From Deferribacterales bacterium (GTDB taxonomy: Bacteria > Chrysiogenota > Deferribacteres > Deferribacterales > Geovibrionaceae): a DNA stretch of 64,000 nucleotides. The position numbers and the translations under genes were made by a program. The stretch is taken from NCBI GenBank assembly GCA_050253335.1, contig JBFWJG010000004.1, positions 8,462-72,461 of the forward strand. The letters run 5' to 3'. The first letter of the stretch is position 1; the number at the start of each line of letters is the position of its first letter. Under the pieces are notes generated by a model. That model worked only from the letters and a program-made list of their open reading frames with translations, ran no database searches and was not told where the DNA came from. Below, piece by piece: positions 47,433 to 56,985 of the stretch.

Positions 47433-48377
47433 TTGGGCTACATAGATATTTTAAAAACAGTAATGCCTTATTTCGGCGTATTTGCAGTGGGGTTCGTATT
47501 AAAGCGCGGTTTCGCTCTGCCCCCTCAGGCTGATAAATTCCTTTTCCGCCTGTTCATACACCTCTTCTTCCCCTGCCTTGTGGTTAACTTCATAACGGGA
47601 AACGAAAATCTGAGGGATATAAGCTCCTCTCTGTCGCTTCCTCTCTGGGGGATGCTTTCTGTGGCGTCCGGTTTTGCGGCGGCATACTTTCTGGCTCCTT
47701 TCATCGGCCTGAACGAGTCGAAAGAGAGACGCTCTTTCGCTTTTTCAACAGGTGTTTACAATTACGGCTTCTTCACTCTTCCCGTGATAATGCATCTCTT
47801 CGGCAGAGACGCGGCGGGACAGCTTCTGCTTTTTAATTTCGGAATAGATTTTATCTACTGGACAGCGGGGATAATGATTCTGACTGGTTCATACAAGGCA
47901 GGGGTCGTGAAGCTCGCCTCCAGCACGCCGGTTTACGCCCTGATACTTTCGGTCGCTTTTAATTCCCTTTTTTCTCCGGAACCTATCGGCGGCACAGCGG
48001 GAAGGGTTCTTGACGCTGTGTCTTTCCTGACTATGCCTCTTGGGCTTTTTGTCAGCGGGCTGGCTCTGGGCGAGGGGCTGAGGGGCGCAAGCCTTGCGGG
48101 AACCTTCAGAATCGGCGCGGCTGGGATACTCCTGCGTATGGTGGGCATGGCGTTTATTTTCCTGTTGGCAGCGAAATACGCAGTGAATGACAGAGGTCTC
48201 AGGATAATTCTTGCGGCGCAGTCCGCAATGCCTGCGGGGATGATGAACCTTGCCATGGTTAAATATTATATGGGCGAAACAAGGGTGACTTCGGCGGTGA
48301 TAGTTTTCACAATAGCAGCATCTCTGGTATCCATGCCTTTCTGGCTTGAATTTGCCTTCCGCTTTGTAGGGGTGTGA
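47433..48377 (+). CDS. AEC family (auxin efflux carrier) transporter
   Basis: About 10 TM helices, NYGF..LP, AMPA motif. Confidence 0.85.
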   Translation: MGYIDILKTVMPYFGVFAVGFVLKRGFALPPQADKFLFRLFIHLFFPCLVVNFITGNENLRDISSSLSLPLWGMLSVASGFAAAYFLAPFIGLNESKERRSFAFSTGVYNYGFFTLPVIMHLFGRDAAGQLLLFNFGIDFIYWTAGIMILTGSYKAGVVKLASSTPVYALILSVAFNSLFSPEPIGGTAGRVLDAVSFLTMPLGLFVSGLALGEGLRGASLAGTFRIGAAGILLRMVGMAFIFLLAAKYAVNDRGLRIILAAQSAMPAGMMNLAMVKYYMGETRVTSAVIVFTIAASLVSMPFWLEFAFRFVGV

Positions 48378-48399
48378 CATACTGCGTATCACGCATGGT

Positions 48400-48616
48400 A
48401 GCGCACCGTGTGAAGCGAAGCCGTGTTTATCACGGCGCGAGCGTGTGGGTAAATCAGACAGGATGTGCTGATTTAGCCTGTCATATGTTGTCTCATGGTT
48501 TGTCTGTGTCTCACGCTCCCAAGGAGGGGAGCGCACCGTGTGAAGCGAAGCCGTGTTTATCACGGCGCGAGCGTGTGGGTAAATCAGACAGGATGTACTG
48601 ATTTACCCTGTCATAT
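48400..48616 (+). repeat. Two 87-bp direct repeats (period 130 bp) of a structured intergenic repeat family
   Basis: 48400-48486 and 48530-48616 differ at 2 positions; core shared with repeats at 63.7-64.0 kb. Confidence 0.92.
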
Positions 48617-50055
48617 TAGTCGCTGTAGTGCCCTGAATCCCTGTACTCATTAAGTTTGTTGCGCAGCGTGCGCACTGTTATGCCCAGAAGATCCGCCGCC
48701 TTGGTGCGGTTTCCCCCCACTTCTTCGAGGGTCTTCAGGATAAGCTCCCGCTCCATCTCCGCTATGGTTACACCCACTGAAGGGACGGAAGGAACAGTTC
48801 GGCAGACTTCTTCACCTGAAGCGTTTTCTGTGCATATTTCCGTTTTCGGTGCGGGCACATCCTTCTGAAAATCGCTCTCCAGAAGAAACTGCTTTATGGT
48901 TATGCCGTGGAGAAACAGATCACGTTCGCTTATCACCTTGTCTCGGCAGAGGACAACCGCCCTCTCGATGGTGTGTTCAAGCTCGCGGACATTTCCCGGC
49001 CAGTCATAATCTATGAGCGCCTGAAGCGCTTTTTCACCCAGAGAGCATGAGCCCTTGCGGTTTATTTCGGCGTATTTGATCATGAAGAATTCTGCCAGTT
49101 CCCGCACATCCTCTCTGCGTTCCCTGAGCGGGGGTAGTTCGATTGCGATAACGTTCAGCCTGTAGAACAGGTCTTCCCTGAAATTGCCTGCGGCCACCTC
49201 TTTTTTAAGCTCTCTGTTTGTGGTGGCCAGTATGCGGACATTTATCTTTTCAGGGCGCACGGAGCCGAGGCGCTCCACCTCCCGTTCCTGTAAAACCCTG
49301 AGCAGTTTAGCCTGTAAATGAATCGGAACTTCGCCTATTTCATCCAGCAGGATTGTTCCGCCGTCCGCCAGTTCAAACTTGCCCGCTTTGCGGTTGATTG
49401 CTCCGGTGAAGGCTCCTTTTTCAAACCCGAAGAGTTCGCTTTCTATGAGGTTTTCGGGTATGGCGGCGCAGTTCACCGCAACAAAGGGGCCGTCCGCTCT
49501 TGAGCTGTTGTCGTGGATATAGCGGGCGAGAACCTCTTTTCCCGTGCCGGATTCGCCTGTGATAAGCACAGTGGCCTCGCTGTCCGCCACATCTTTTGCC
49601 AGTGCGAACAGACGCGCCATGAAGGCACTGCGGAAAACAGCCTTGTTCTTCCTGCGTTTGCCCCCTTTGGTGAGGCTTTCTATCTCGAATGTGCGTCTTA
49701 TGAGCTCTTCTATGACTTCCGGCGGGAACGGCTTGAGGATATAGTCCGACGCGCCCAGCTTGAGCGCCTCCACGGCGTTTGCGACTGTGCCGAATGCGGT
49801 TATGAAGCATGTGGGGGTTTCAATGCCGGAGGAGCGCATCATGTTGAACATGGAGAGGCCGTCTATCTCCGGCATCCTCATGTCGCTTATGATCAGGTCA
49901 TAGGGGCGTGAGGAGGCCTTCTCGAACCCTTCGCGCCCGTTTTCGGCGGTCTCCACCGAAAGCCCCATGCGCCTGACAGTTTCCTTCAGCGCCTCGCGCA
50001 TGTTGTCGTCGTCATCAACTATGAGAACTTTTCTGCTTTCGTTTTTATCGCTCAT
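48616..50055 (-). CDS. Sigma54-dependent response regulator (FleR/FlgR-like)
   Basis: Receiver, GESGTGKE, ESELFG.EKGAFTGA, FREDLFYRL, WPGNVREL, Fis HTH ending RTLRNKL. Confidence 0.93.
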   Translation of the reverse strand: MSDKNESRKVLIVDDDDNMREALKETVRRMGLSVETAENGREGFEKASSRPYDLIISDMRMPEIDGLSMFNMMRSSGIETPTCFITAFGTVANAVEALKLGASDYILKPFPPEVIEELIRRTFEIESLTKGGKRRKNKAVFRSAFMARLFALAKDVADSEATVLITGESGTGKEVLARYIHDNSSRADGPFVAVNCAAIPENLIESELFGFEKGAFTGAINRKAGKFELADGGTILLDEIGEVPIHLQAKLLRVLQEREVERLGSVRPEKINVRILATTNRELKKEVAAGNFREDLFYRLNVIAIELPPLRERREDVRELAEFFMIKYAEINRKGSCSLGEKALQALIDYDWPGNVRELEHTIERAVVLCRDKVISERDLFLHGITIKQFLLESDFQKDVPAPKTEICTENASGEEVCRTVPSVPSVGVTIAEMERELILKTLEEVGGNRTKAADLLGITVRTLRNKLNEYRDSGHYSD

Positions 50056-50062
50056 TCAACAC

Positions 50063-51196
50063 CTATGCCGGAACCGCCACACGGAAGGCCGTGTAGGTTT
50101 TGCCGTCGCTGTCCGCCTCTATGCCGCCGCCGTGCGCCTTTACTATCTTATAGACAATGGCGAGCCCGAGTCCGGTTCCCTTTGCCTTGGTGGTCTGAAA
50201 GGGCATGAAAAGCTTGCCTGTCATGGACGGTTCAATGCCGCTGCCGTTATCTGTAATGGAAAACCAGCTTTCATTTTTGTCGGTTCCCGCGTCAATGCGG
50301 ATTTCCCCGCCGCTTTTAACAGCGTCCACGGAATTGTGAATCAGGTTCATCACCACCTGCTTAAACAGCTCGGCATCGCAGCTTATCTTCTGGTTTTCGC
50401 CTATGTTATTGATGAAGCGGACCTCTTTGTCCCGCATTATGTGCTGTAAATAGAGTATAACATCATCCACAATGTCGGAGAGGAAATGCTCTTTTATCTC
50501 CAGCTGTATCTCTTTGGTGAAAAGCAGAATATTTGAAATGATGGAGTTTATGGTGCGCACACCTTTGATTATGGAGTGCGTCAGGCGCTTCTTGTCAGGG
50601 GAGTCTTCAAGATCCCGCCCGAGGAGTGATGCAAAAAGTTCTATGCTTCCTAGAGGGTTGCGTATTTCGTGGGCAATATTCGCCGCCATCTCCCCCATGA
50701 GCATCAGTTTTTCATCCCTGTGCTTCTCTTTTTCAAGGGCTTTTAAGTCGCTAATGTCGTCTATGACGTAGACAGTGCCGGATATCCCCTCCGCGCTGAG
50801 CTCGCCGAGGCTTATTTTGAGGTAAACGCCCCGTTCGGGCTCGTGTTCGTAAAGCCCCGGCTCCATGAATCCCGAAAGCATGGCGAGGAATTTTTCCTGC
50901 CCGAAGGAGGCGGCCATTTTCTCCGCTTCCTTGTTCAGAGTGAGTATTGAGCCGTTCTTGCCGACTGCGATTATTGCGCTGCCGGAGTTCATCAGAACCC
51001 CTTCCAGAAGGTTGCTGAGGGCGGACAGACGTCGGTTTTTCTCTTCCACCTCTTCGCGCAGCTTGCGGGCTTCCTCCTGAATCACGCTGTAGGAGTCCTC
51101 AAGCTTTGTGGTGGCGAGGTTGAAAGACTCCATAAGGAGCTTCAGCTCATCTATTCTGCTGTCTTTGCTTTTCAGTTCGTCAGACTTTTCCGCCAC
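50063..51196 (-). CDS. Cytoplasmic sensor histidine kinase (FleS/FlgS-like)
   Basis: F..AT..L..SY N-terminal coil, GEMAA.IAHEIRNPLGSIELFAS, TTKAKGTGLGL; no TM. Confidence 0.9.
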   Translation of the reverse strand: MAEKSDELKSKDSRIDELKLLMESFNLATTKLEDSYSVIQEEARKLREEVEEKNRRLSALSNLLEGVLMNSGSAIIAVGKNGSILTLNKEAEKMAASFGQEKFLAMLSGFMEPGLYEHEPERGVYLKISLGELSAEGISGTVYVIDDISDLKALEKEKHRDEKLMLMGEMAANIAHEIRNPLGSIELFASLLGRDLEDSPDKKRLTHSIIKGVRTINSIISNILLFTKEIQLEIKEHFLSDIVDDVILYLQHIMRDKEVRFINNIGENQKISCDAELFKQVVMNLIHNSVDAVKSGGEIRIDAGTDKNESWFSITDNGSGIEPSMTGKLFMPFQTTKAKGTGLGLAIVYKIVKAHGGGIEADSDGKTYTAFRVAVPA

Positions 51197-53793
51197 TGTA
51201 TCTCCTCCAGTTCCGAACGGGCAGCGCTGGCGTAAACCGAGCCGGGAACGCTTTCCAGAAGTTCAATGTAGTTTTTGACCGCATTGTCGTTGTCTTTCAG
51301 CTTGATGTATGATTTGCCCATGTAGTAAAGCCCTTCGGCTCTCTTCTCGTCTCTGGGCGGGTAGTTTTTCAGGAAAACCCCGAGAGCCTCCACGGCGGGG
51401 CGGAAGCTGTTCTTCTTGTAGTAAAGTATTCCCATATCAAGGGAAACTTCCTCGTAGCCTTCGAACCGCTTTTTCGGGTCGCTGTTTACGTCCTGATATA
51501 TCCTGACGAGAAGCTGCTCCCTTTTGGCGTCATCCGAAATGTTTTTTGAGATTTTGAATTTCTGTCTCGCAGCCAGAGCGGGATCCTTTGTGTATTCATT
51601 AAGAAGCCTGACAGCGGTGTCGGGATTTTTCTTCTCCGCCTCATCAGCGAGGAAAATCAGTGTTTCCGCATCAAGGGAATTTACCTGAAAATTGATCTGG
51701 CCGTTGCCCAGCAGGAGGCTTGTAAGCCAGTAAACCGGGGTTTTTGTGGCTCCGACAGAGGAGAGAAGCTCAGCCGCTTTGTCCGGCATGGACATTTTAT
51801 AAAGGGAAAAGGCGGCATAAGCCTTCACCGTGTCCCTGAAGGGCTGCTGTGCGGATGAATCTATTATCTGCTGATTGTCGGAGTATGCTTTTATCACTTC
51901 GAGAAACTTATTCTCCTCAAACCTGCGGCGGAGAACTGTCAGTATGAGCCGTTCCGCCATGTTTGTTATATCCCTGATATGAACTCCGTCACTGCCGAAC
52001 TGGGCTATGTACTGCTTTGCGTTAACCAGTGCCTGATTCACTCTGGCGGCGTCGAAGTCTTTTTTCACCATGTTGTAGTATGCGTTGTCAAGGAGGCGCT
52101 CCCACTTGGCGGGCTCGATGACTTCCGTTTCATCCGTGAGAAAGTTTTCGATGAAGTCAATCACCCCTTTGTAGTCGCCGCCGTTGTATCTTGCTTCCGT
52201 TTTGCCGAATGAGACGTTCTGGCTGATGGTTTTTGCCTCCCGCCTGTATGAGGAGTCGGGGAATTCCTTCAGAAGCATCCCCACATAATCCTGAGCCTGA
52301 TCAAATCTTGTTTCGTCGTAGGCCTGTCTGGCCTGCTGAAGCCTTATCCTCTGCTTGATGTCGTAAACGGTTGTCATTAGAGGCGAACTGTAGCTCCGCT
52401 TGCCGAAACGGTCTATTCTTTCCAGTGTTTTGTCATGATTTTTTTCATTGAACAGGGATTTTATTATCACCAGATCGGCCTGCTCAAGTATTTCAAAGTC
52501 CTTTGAGGCAAGGGCGGGGGCGAGGAATTTTTCCCAGTCCTGCGTGTTTTTCTCGCTCAGATGAGTGTCTGCGTATTTTATTGACGAGAGCATCCCTCCG
52601 GGCTCCTTGGGGTGTTTCTTGACAGTTTCAAGGAGGAGAGCTTCCGCGGCTTTTCTGTTGCTCATTTTCTCATACATCTGCGCGGCGCGGTACATAGCCA
52701 TGTCCGCCTTTTCAAATGAGGGGTAAAACCCGTAAACCCTGCGGAAGGCGTTGAGCGCTTCCTCCGTTCTGCCCCGTTTGTCAAATACTTCGCCCATTGC
52801 GTACAGGGAATCGGGGGTGAATGCGGAATAGTCTATCTTCCTCCCCGTGAGCCCCTGAAAATAGCGGAAAGCAGTGTCGATATCCCCTTTATCGGAGTAA
52901 AGCATCCCGATTATTGCCGTCTGCGGATCCCTGTCGTCCTTGAAGCGCCTGAGATAGCTCTCCCTCGCTTCTATGGCGCGGTCTGTCTGCCCGAGGGTCT
53001 GATATATGTCTGCTATTTTTTTGTATGAGTTTTTCTGGATTTTCTCATTCTGAACAAGGCGTATTATTTTTTCATGGGCGAAGATCGCCTCGTAGTACAT
53101 ATCCGCCTTTTCCTTTGAATCGGCGGATCTCACGAGGGCATCCCTGAAAAGATATGAGTCGGGGTAAAGGTTTGTGAAATCATCATATATCTGGGAAGCG
53201 GTGATGTAGTTCTTGTAGGACTTGGCCCCCATTTCATAGTATGCGTTTCCGAGGCGGAAGAGAGCCTCCTGCCTGTAATAAGCGTTGATATCTGAGGCCA
53301 GAAGACCCTCAAGGGCAACCGCCGCCTGTTCGTGGGCGCCTTTTGCCATGAGTTCATCCGCTATGCCCAGCTGTCTGTCCGCCTCGGCGTTCTCGATTAT
53401 GCCGCTGCCTTTTTTAATGAGGGCGTCCTCTATTCCGTAGCCGAGCTTTATATCATCCGCTTTTTTCTTGCGCGAGGCGACAATTTTTGCGTCCACCCCT
53501 TCCGTCATGAAGGTGAAGTCGGTGTCAGGGGCGAAGTCCAGAATCAGGCTGTCCCCTTTTACTGTGATTTTTGAAATGAAGCGGTCGTCCAGCCTGCCGG
53601 AAAAACCGGCCGAAAGGTTTTTAGCGAACGACAGAGTGATGGTTCTTTCCCCTTTTTTCACGTCTTTGATGTTTTCCGCTGCTCCGGCTATTACCAGTTC
53701 GGTGAAAAACCTGTTCTTTTTCAGGTAAATATCCTGAGCGCCCGCGGCAAAGGCAATGAAAAGGGAGAAAAAAATAAAGCCGATATTTCTCAT
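51172..53793 (-). CDS. Large exported TPR-repeat protein
   Basis: Signal peptide, beta-rich N-domain, many TPRs with YP.S motifs; overlaps kinase start. Confidence 0.85.
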   Translation of the reverse strand: MRNIGFIFFSLFIAFAAGAQDIYLKKNRFFTELVIAGAAENIKDVKKGERTITLSFAKNLSAGFSGRLDDRFISKITVKGDSLILDFAPDTDFTFMTEGVDAKIVASRKKKADDIKLGYGIEDALIKKGSGIIENAEADRQLGIADELMAKGAHEQAAVALEGLLASDINAYYRQEALFRLGNAYYEMGAKSYKNYITASQIYDDFTNLYPDSYLFRDALVRSADSKEKADMYYEAIFAHEKIIRLVQNEKIQKNSYKKIADIYQTLGQTDRAIEARESYLRRFKDDRDPQTAIIGMLYSDKGDIDTAFRYFQGLTGRKIDYSAFTPDSLYAMGEVFDKRGRTEEALNAFRRVYGFYPSFEKADMAMYRAAQMYEKMSNRKAAEALLLETVKKHPKEPGGMLSSIKYADTHLSEKNTQDWEKFLAPALASKDFEILEQADLVIIKSLFNEKNHDKTLERIDRFGKRSYSSPLMTTVYDIKQRIRLQQARQAYDETRFDQAQDYVGMLLKEFPDSSYRREAKTISQNVSFGKTEARYNGGDYKGVIDFIENFLTDETEVIEPAKWERLLDNAYYNMVKKDFDAARVNQALVNAKQYIAQFGSDGVHIRDITNMAERLILTVLRRRFEENKFLEVIKAYSDNQQIIDSSAQQPFRDTVKAYAAFSLYKMSMPDKAAELLSSVGATKTPVYWLTSLLLGNGQINFQVNSLDAETLIFLADEAEKKNPDTAVRLLNEYTKDPALAARQKFKISKNISDDAKREQLLVRIYQDVNSDPKKRFEGYEEVSLDMGILYYKKNSFRPAVEALGVFLKNYPPRDEKRAEGLYYMGKSYIKLKDNDNAVKNYIELLESVPGSVYASAARSELEEIQWRKSLTN

Positions 53794-53969
53794 TACAATA
53801 CTTTTAGACTAACATGGAATTAATATCAATGCGATTTTGGAATGTTATACGCCTTTTAGGTACGAAAAGGGCGTGTATTTTCCTTATAAGGTCATACGAC
53901 TGTTAACAAAGGTAATATCTCTTGAAGTGCGTTGCAAAGCGTGTTAGTTTTTAGATAACCGGAGGAGAT

Positions 53970-54857
53970 ATGGCCCTTGATCACGGTATCCTGCTTGAGA
54001 CAGGAACAAACGAATTTGAAATAGTCGAATTTATTGTCCGCGCCGAAAAGGAGCATCATTTCGGCATTAACGTTGCTAAAGTACGGGAAGTAATCAGGTT
54101 TCCCGAAATTGTCAAGGTTCCGGACGCTCACCCCGCTGTCATCGGAACCGCTAATATAAGGCAGAAGCTTGTGCCTCTTATAGATCTGGGAAACTGGCTG
54201 GATCTTAAATACGAGCAGGACTACGCTTCCAAAAAAATCATAGTCACCTTCTTCAACCACCAGTACAACGGCTTTCTTGTGGATGAGGTTGTCAGGATTC
54301 ACCGTATTACCTGGGCGGATATTAAAGATTATTCGGCAATAACCGATTTCAGTCTTGCGGAGACTGTTCTCGGCGTTGTGGACATAGGCGGCAACCTTAT
54401 CCAGCTTCTTGACTTTGAGAAGATTGTAGCGGAGCTCAACCCCGCCACGGCTCTCAAGGAAATGGTTATAGACTATTCAAGAAGCGCGGCCCGCAGCAAA
54501 AGGCTTGTTTATCTTGCCGAGGACTCAACTGTTATCAGGCGTTTTCTGGCCTCCAATCTGGAAAACGCGGGCTACAGGGTCAAGGCTTTTGAAAACGGCA
54601 AGCTTCTTCTGGCGGCCACTGCCCTTGAAAAGCCCGATATAATCATAACCGACCTTGAGATGCCCGTTGCAGACGGCGCTTATGTCGTTCGCACGCTCCG
54701 CGGAAAACCTGAGATGGCGAACCTGCCCATTCTGGTCTTCTCCTCACTTGCCAGCGAGGAGAACGAAAGAAAGGTTCTCAGCATCGGGGCTAATATGTTT
54801 GTGGGCAAGCCCGATACGGACATACTCATAAACAGCATTGACGAATACGTTTTATAA
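53970..54857 (+). CDS. cheV: Chemotaxis protein CheV (CheW-receiver)
   Basis: ILLE.GTNE.EI.EF, FGINVAKVREVI, LLDFEKI, AEDS, TD.EMP..DG, FSSL. Confidence 0.95.
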   Translation: MALDHGILLETGTNEFEIVEFIVRAEKEHHFGINVAKVREVIRFPEIVKVPDAHPAVIGTANIRQKLVPLIDLGNWLDLKYEQDYASKKIIVTFFNHQYNGFLVDEVVRIHRITWADIKDYSAITDFSLAETVLGVVDIGGNLIQLLDFEKIVAELNPATALKEMVIDYSRSAARSKRLVYLAEDSTVIRRFLASNLENAGYRVKAFENGKLLLAATALEKPDIIITDLEMPVADGAYVVRTLRGKPEMANLPILVFSSLASEENERKVLSIGANMFVGKPDTDILINSIDEYVL

Positions 54858-54871
54858 GGAGTCTTTAAACG

Positions 54872-55618
54872 ATGAAAAAAACAATGGCGATAATAACGCT
54901 CTCTTTTCTTGCATTTGCATGCTCGGATGAAACTCAGGTTATTAAACAGAGTATCAACAACATCAAAGATGAAATGGTCAGTATGCAGTCGGAAATGGCG
55001 GAGATGAAAATCTCCATTGAGGATGTGGACCGCAAAACCGAAGCCAACAAGGAAAGCATTAACGCCAATTCGAATGCCCTCGCTGAGATACGCTCTGAAC
55101 TGAGCTTCATCGGCAGCGAGGTGACGCTTCTTAAAGATAAACAGAAAGCCCCCGCCGCGGCTCCGGCGGGAATGACCGCAGTTTCAGAACCCGGGGCTCA
55201 GCCTGAGGGCGAGAATCTTATCATCATTGAAGACGCCTTCACGGATAAAAGCAGCCTCTACAGCTATGCCTACGAGCTTTATAAAAACGGTAAATATCCC
55301 GAGAGCAGCGCGAAGTTTGACGAGTTTCTCGCTAAGTACCCCGCTGACGAGCTTTCGGACAACGCTGTCTACTGGCAGGGAGAGATTCAGTACGCCCTGA
55401 AGGATTATGAAGGAGCAATTAAGCTTTTTCATAAACTGGTTACAGACTATCCGGACGGCAACAAGGTCTCCGACGGACTGCTTAAAATGGCATACTCATA
55501 CGGAAACATAGGCAAAAGAGCCGAATCTGTGGTTACATTAAAGAAGATAGTGAACGAACATCCGGGCACAAGAGCACATAACCTCGCCAAAAAGAAACTT
55601 GCCTCTATGGGGGAATAA
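54872..55618 (+). CDS. cpoB: Tol-Pal associated CpoB/YbgF lipoprotein
   Basis: LAFAC lipobox, coiled coil, TPR with F..YP...L.DNA.YW.GE and YP.GNK..D.LLK. Confidence 0.85.
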   Translation: MKKTMAIITLSFLAFACSDETQVIKQSINNIKDEMVSMQSEMAEMKISIEDVDRKTEANKESINANSNALAEIRSELSFIGSEVTLLKDKQKAPAAAPAGMTAVSEPGAQPEGENLIIIEDAFTDKSSLYSYAYELYKNGKYPESSAKFDEFLAKYPADELSDNAVYWQGEIQYALKDYEGAIKLFHKLVTDYPDGNKVSDGLLKMAYSYGNIGKRAESVVTLKKIVNEHPGTRAHNLAKKKLASMGE

Positions 55619-55619
55619 C

Positions 55620-56609
55620 TTGAAACGTACCGGGGGTATAATCCTTTCCGCCCTGCTTCTGACAGCCATGTCCGCCGGAGCGGAGAACACGCATGAAGTG
55701 AAAAAGGGGGACACCCTCTGGGACATTTCCCGCCATTATTACGGCGACAACTGGAAATGGCCTGTCATCTGGAAAGGGAATGTGTTCATAAATGATCCGG
55801 ATCTTATTTATCCTAAAGATAAACTTTATATTCCCGGCTTCCCTGACGGCGGAGAGTCGATCCGCATCGGCGAGGGCGGGCTTTTCAGAATTGAAGCCAA
55901 ATCCGGTTCAGGCTCCGAATCCGCCTCAGCTTCGGGGATGGAGGCCGCAGACAGCATGAACAGCTTTTCGAACGAAAAGCTCAATTCCTTTGACTCTGTT
56001 CTGGATGATGTGCCTGAATTTACCGTAATATCCACGGAACAGAAACGTGAGATGGTTTCAACCGGAGACTACATAACCGTAAATGCCGGAACAGATAAGG
56101 GACTTTCCGCAGGCGACACCCTTATTCTTTATGAAGTAAGAAGCAGGATCGGCAAAAGCACTCCTGTTTATTCATGCGTCGGCTACGCCGAAATAACCAA
56201 GGCGGGGGACGAAACTTCCCGCGCGAAAATATATAAAGCGTTTGCTCCGATCAGCACAGGATTCAAAGCGGCCGAAAGTGCCGAAGTCACAGTGAAAAAC
56301 CCTAAAGGCTTCAGAGATATAAACTCCGATATAGCGGGAGAGGTGGTTTACCTCGCCGAGAACCACAGATTTACGGGTGAGGGGTACTCGGTTATTATTA
56401 ATCTCGGCCGTGCTCTGCCCATAAAAGAAGGGGACAAATTCAGCATATTCCGCAGGCTGGAGGAGAACGGAGTCGCCAAAACAGAACGCATAGGTGAAGG
56501 TCAGCTTCTCATAGTCAACGGAAGCTACTCCACGATGTATCTTGTGGATTCATCAATGGAAATCATGAAGGGGGACATTGTCCGCCTCAGCAAGGTTGCC
56601 ATCTACTGA
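55620..56609 (+). CDS. LysM peptidoglycan-binding protein
   Basis: Signal peptide then HEVKKGDTLWDIS..YY.....WP.IW..N..I.DPDLIYP; C-terminal beta domains; TTG start at 55620. Confidence 0.88.
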   Translation: MKRTGGIILSALLLTAMSAGAENTHEVKKGDTLWDISRHYYGDNWKWPVIWKGNVFINDPDLIYPKDKLYIPGFPDGGESIRIGEGGLFRIEAKSGSGSESASASGMEAADSMNSFSNEKLNSFDSVLDDVPEFTVISTEQKREMVSTGDYITVNAGTDKGLSAGDTLILYEVRSRIGKSTPVYSCVGYAEITKAGDETSRAKIYKAFAPISTGFKAAESAEVTVKNPKGFRDINSDIAGEVVYLAENHRFTGEGYSVIINLGRALPIKEGDKFSIFRRLEENGVAKTERIGEGQLLIVNGSYSTMYLVDSSMEIMKGDIVRLSKVAIY

Positions 56610-56880
56610 TTCCTCCGTGACTTTTTCCGCCGGTTACGCACAGCTCTTTTCAGGCGGGCGGCGGATATGATGATAAATGCCTCAGCGGTCGGGCAAGGCT
56701 GTTTCCGCAGTCTTTTGCATGGTTTTACCGGCAGCGGAGACGGGTGCCGCTCTTTTCTGTCCAAGTTAACTTTTGTAAGGTTTCTGACAGCAAATTATCA
56801 CCTTAAACCTGCTTAATGTTTAGTGATATTTAACTTTATTCAGTCTCATGATCGCTGTTAACCTGTGATTTCCTTTTATC

Positions 56881-56909
56881 TTGACTAAGACCTACTCCTT
56901 AGTTAGTAT
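56881..56909 (+). promoter_or_regulatory. Sigma70 promoter of liv operon with overlapping palindrome
   Basis: TTGACT-N17-TAGTAT; ACTAAG-N8-CTTAGT at 56884-56903. Confidence 0.55.
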
Positions 56910-56985
56910 TTACATTTATTCGGGAATAGGCCTGCGCCCTTTTCCGGATGAATGAACAAGAAAATTTTTTAAACGGAGAGGGTTT

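Noticed and set aside
48400..48616. Possible mini CRISPR array (repeat-spacer-repeat)
   Set aside because: Repeats are 87 bp, only two copies, no cas genes, and the family recurs as spacer-less tandem units at 63.7 kb
53849..53891. Palindromes in the TPR/cheV divergent promoter (CCTTATAAGG and an imperfect hairpin)
   Set aside because: Short or imperfect, single occurrence, not distinguishable from chance
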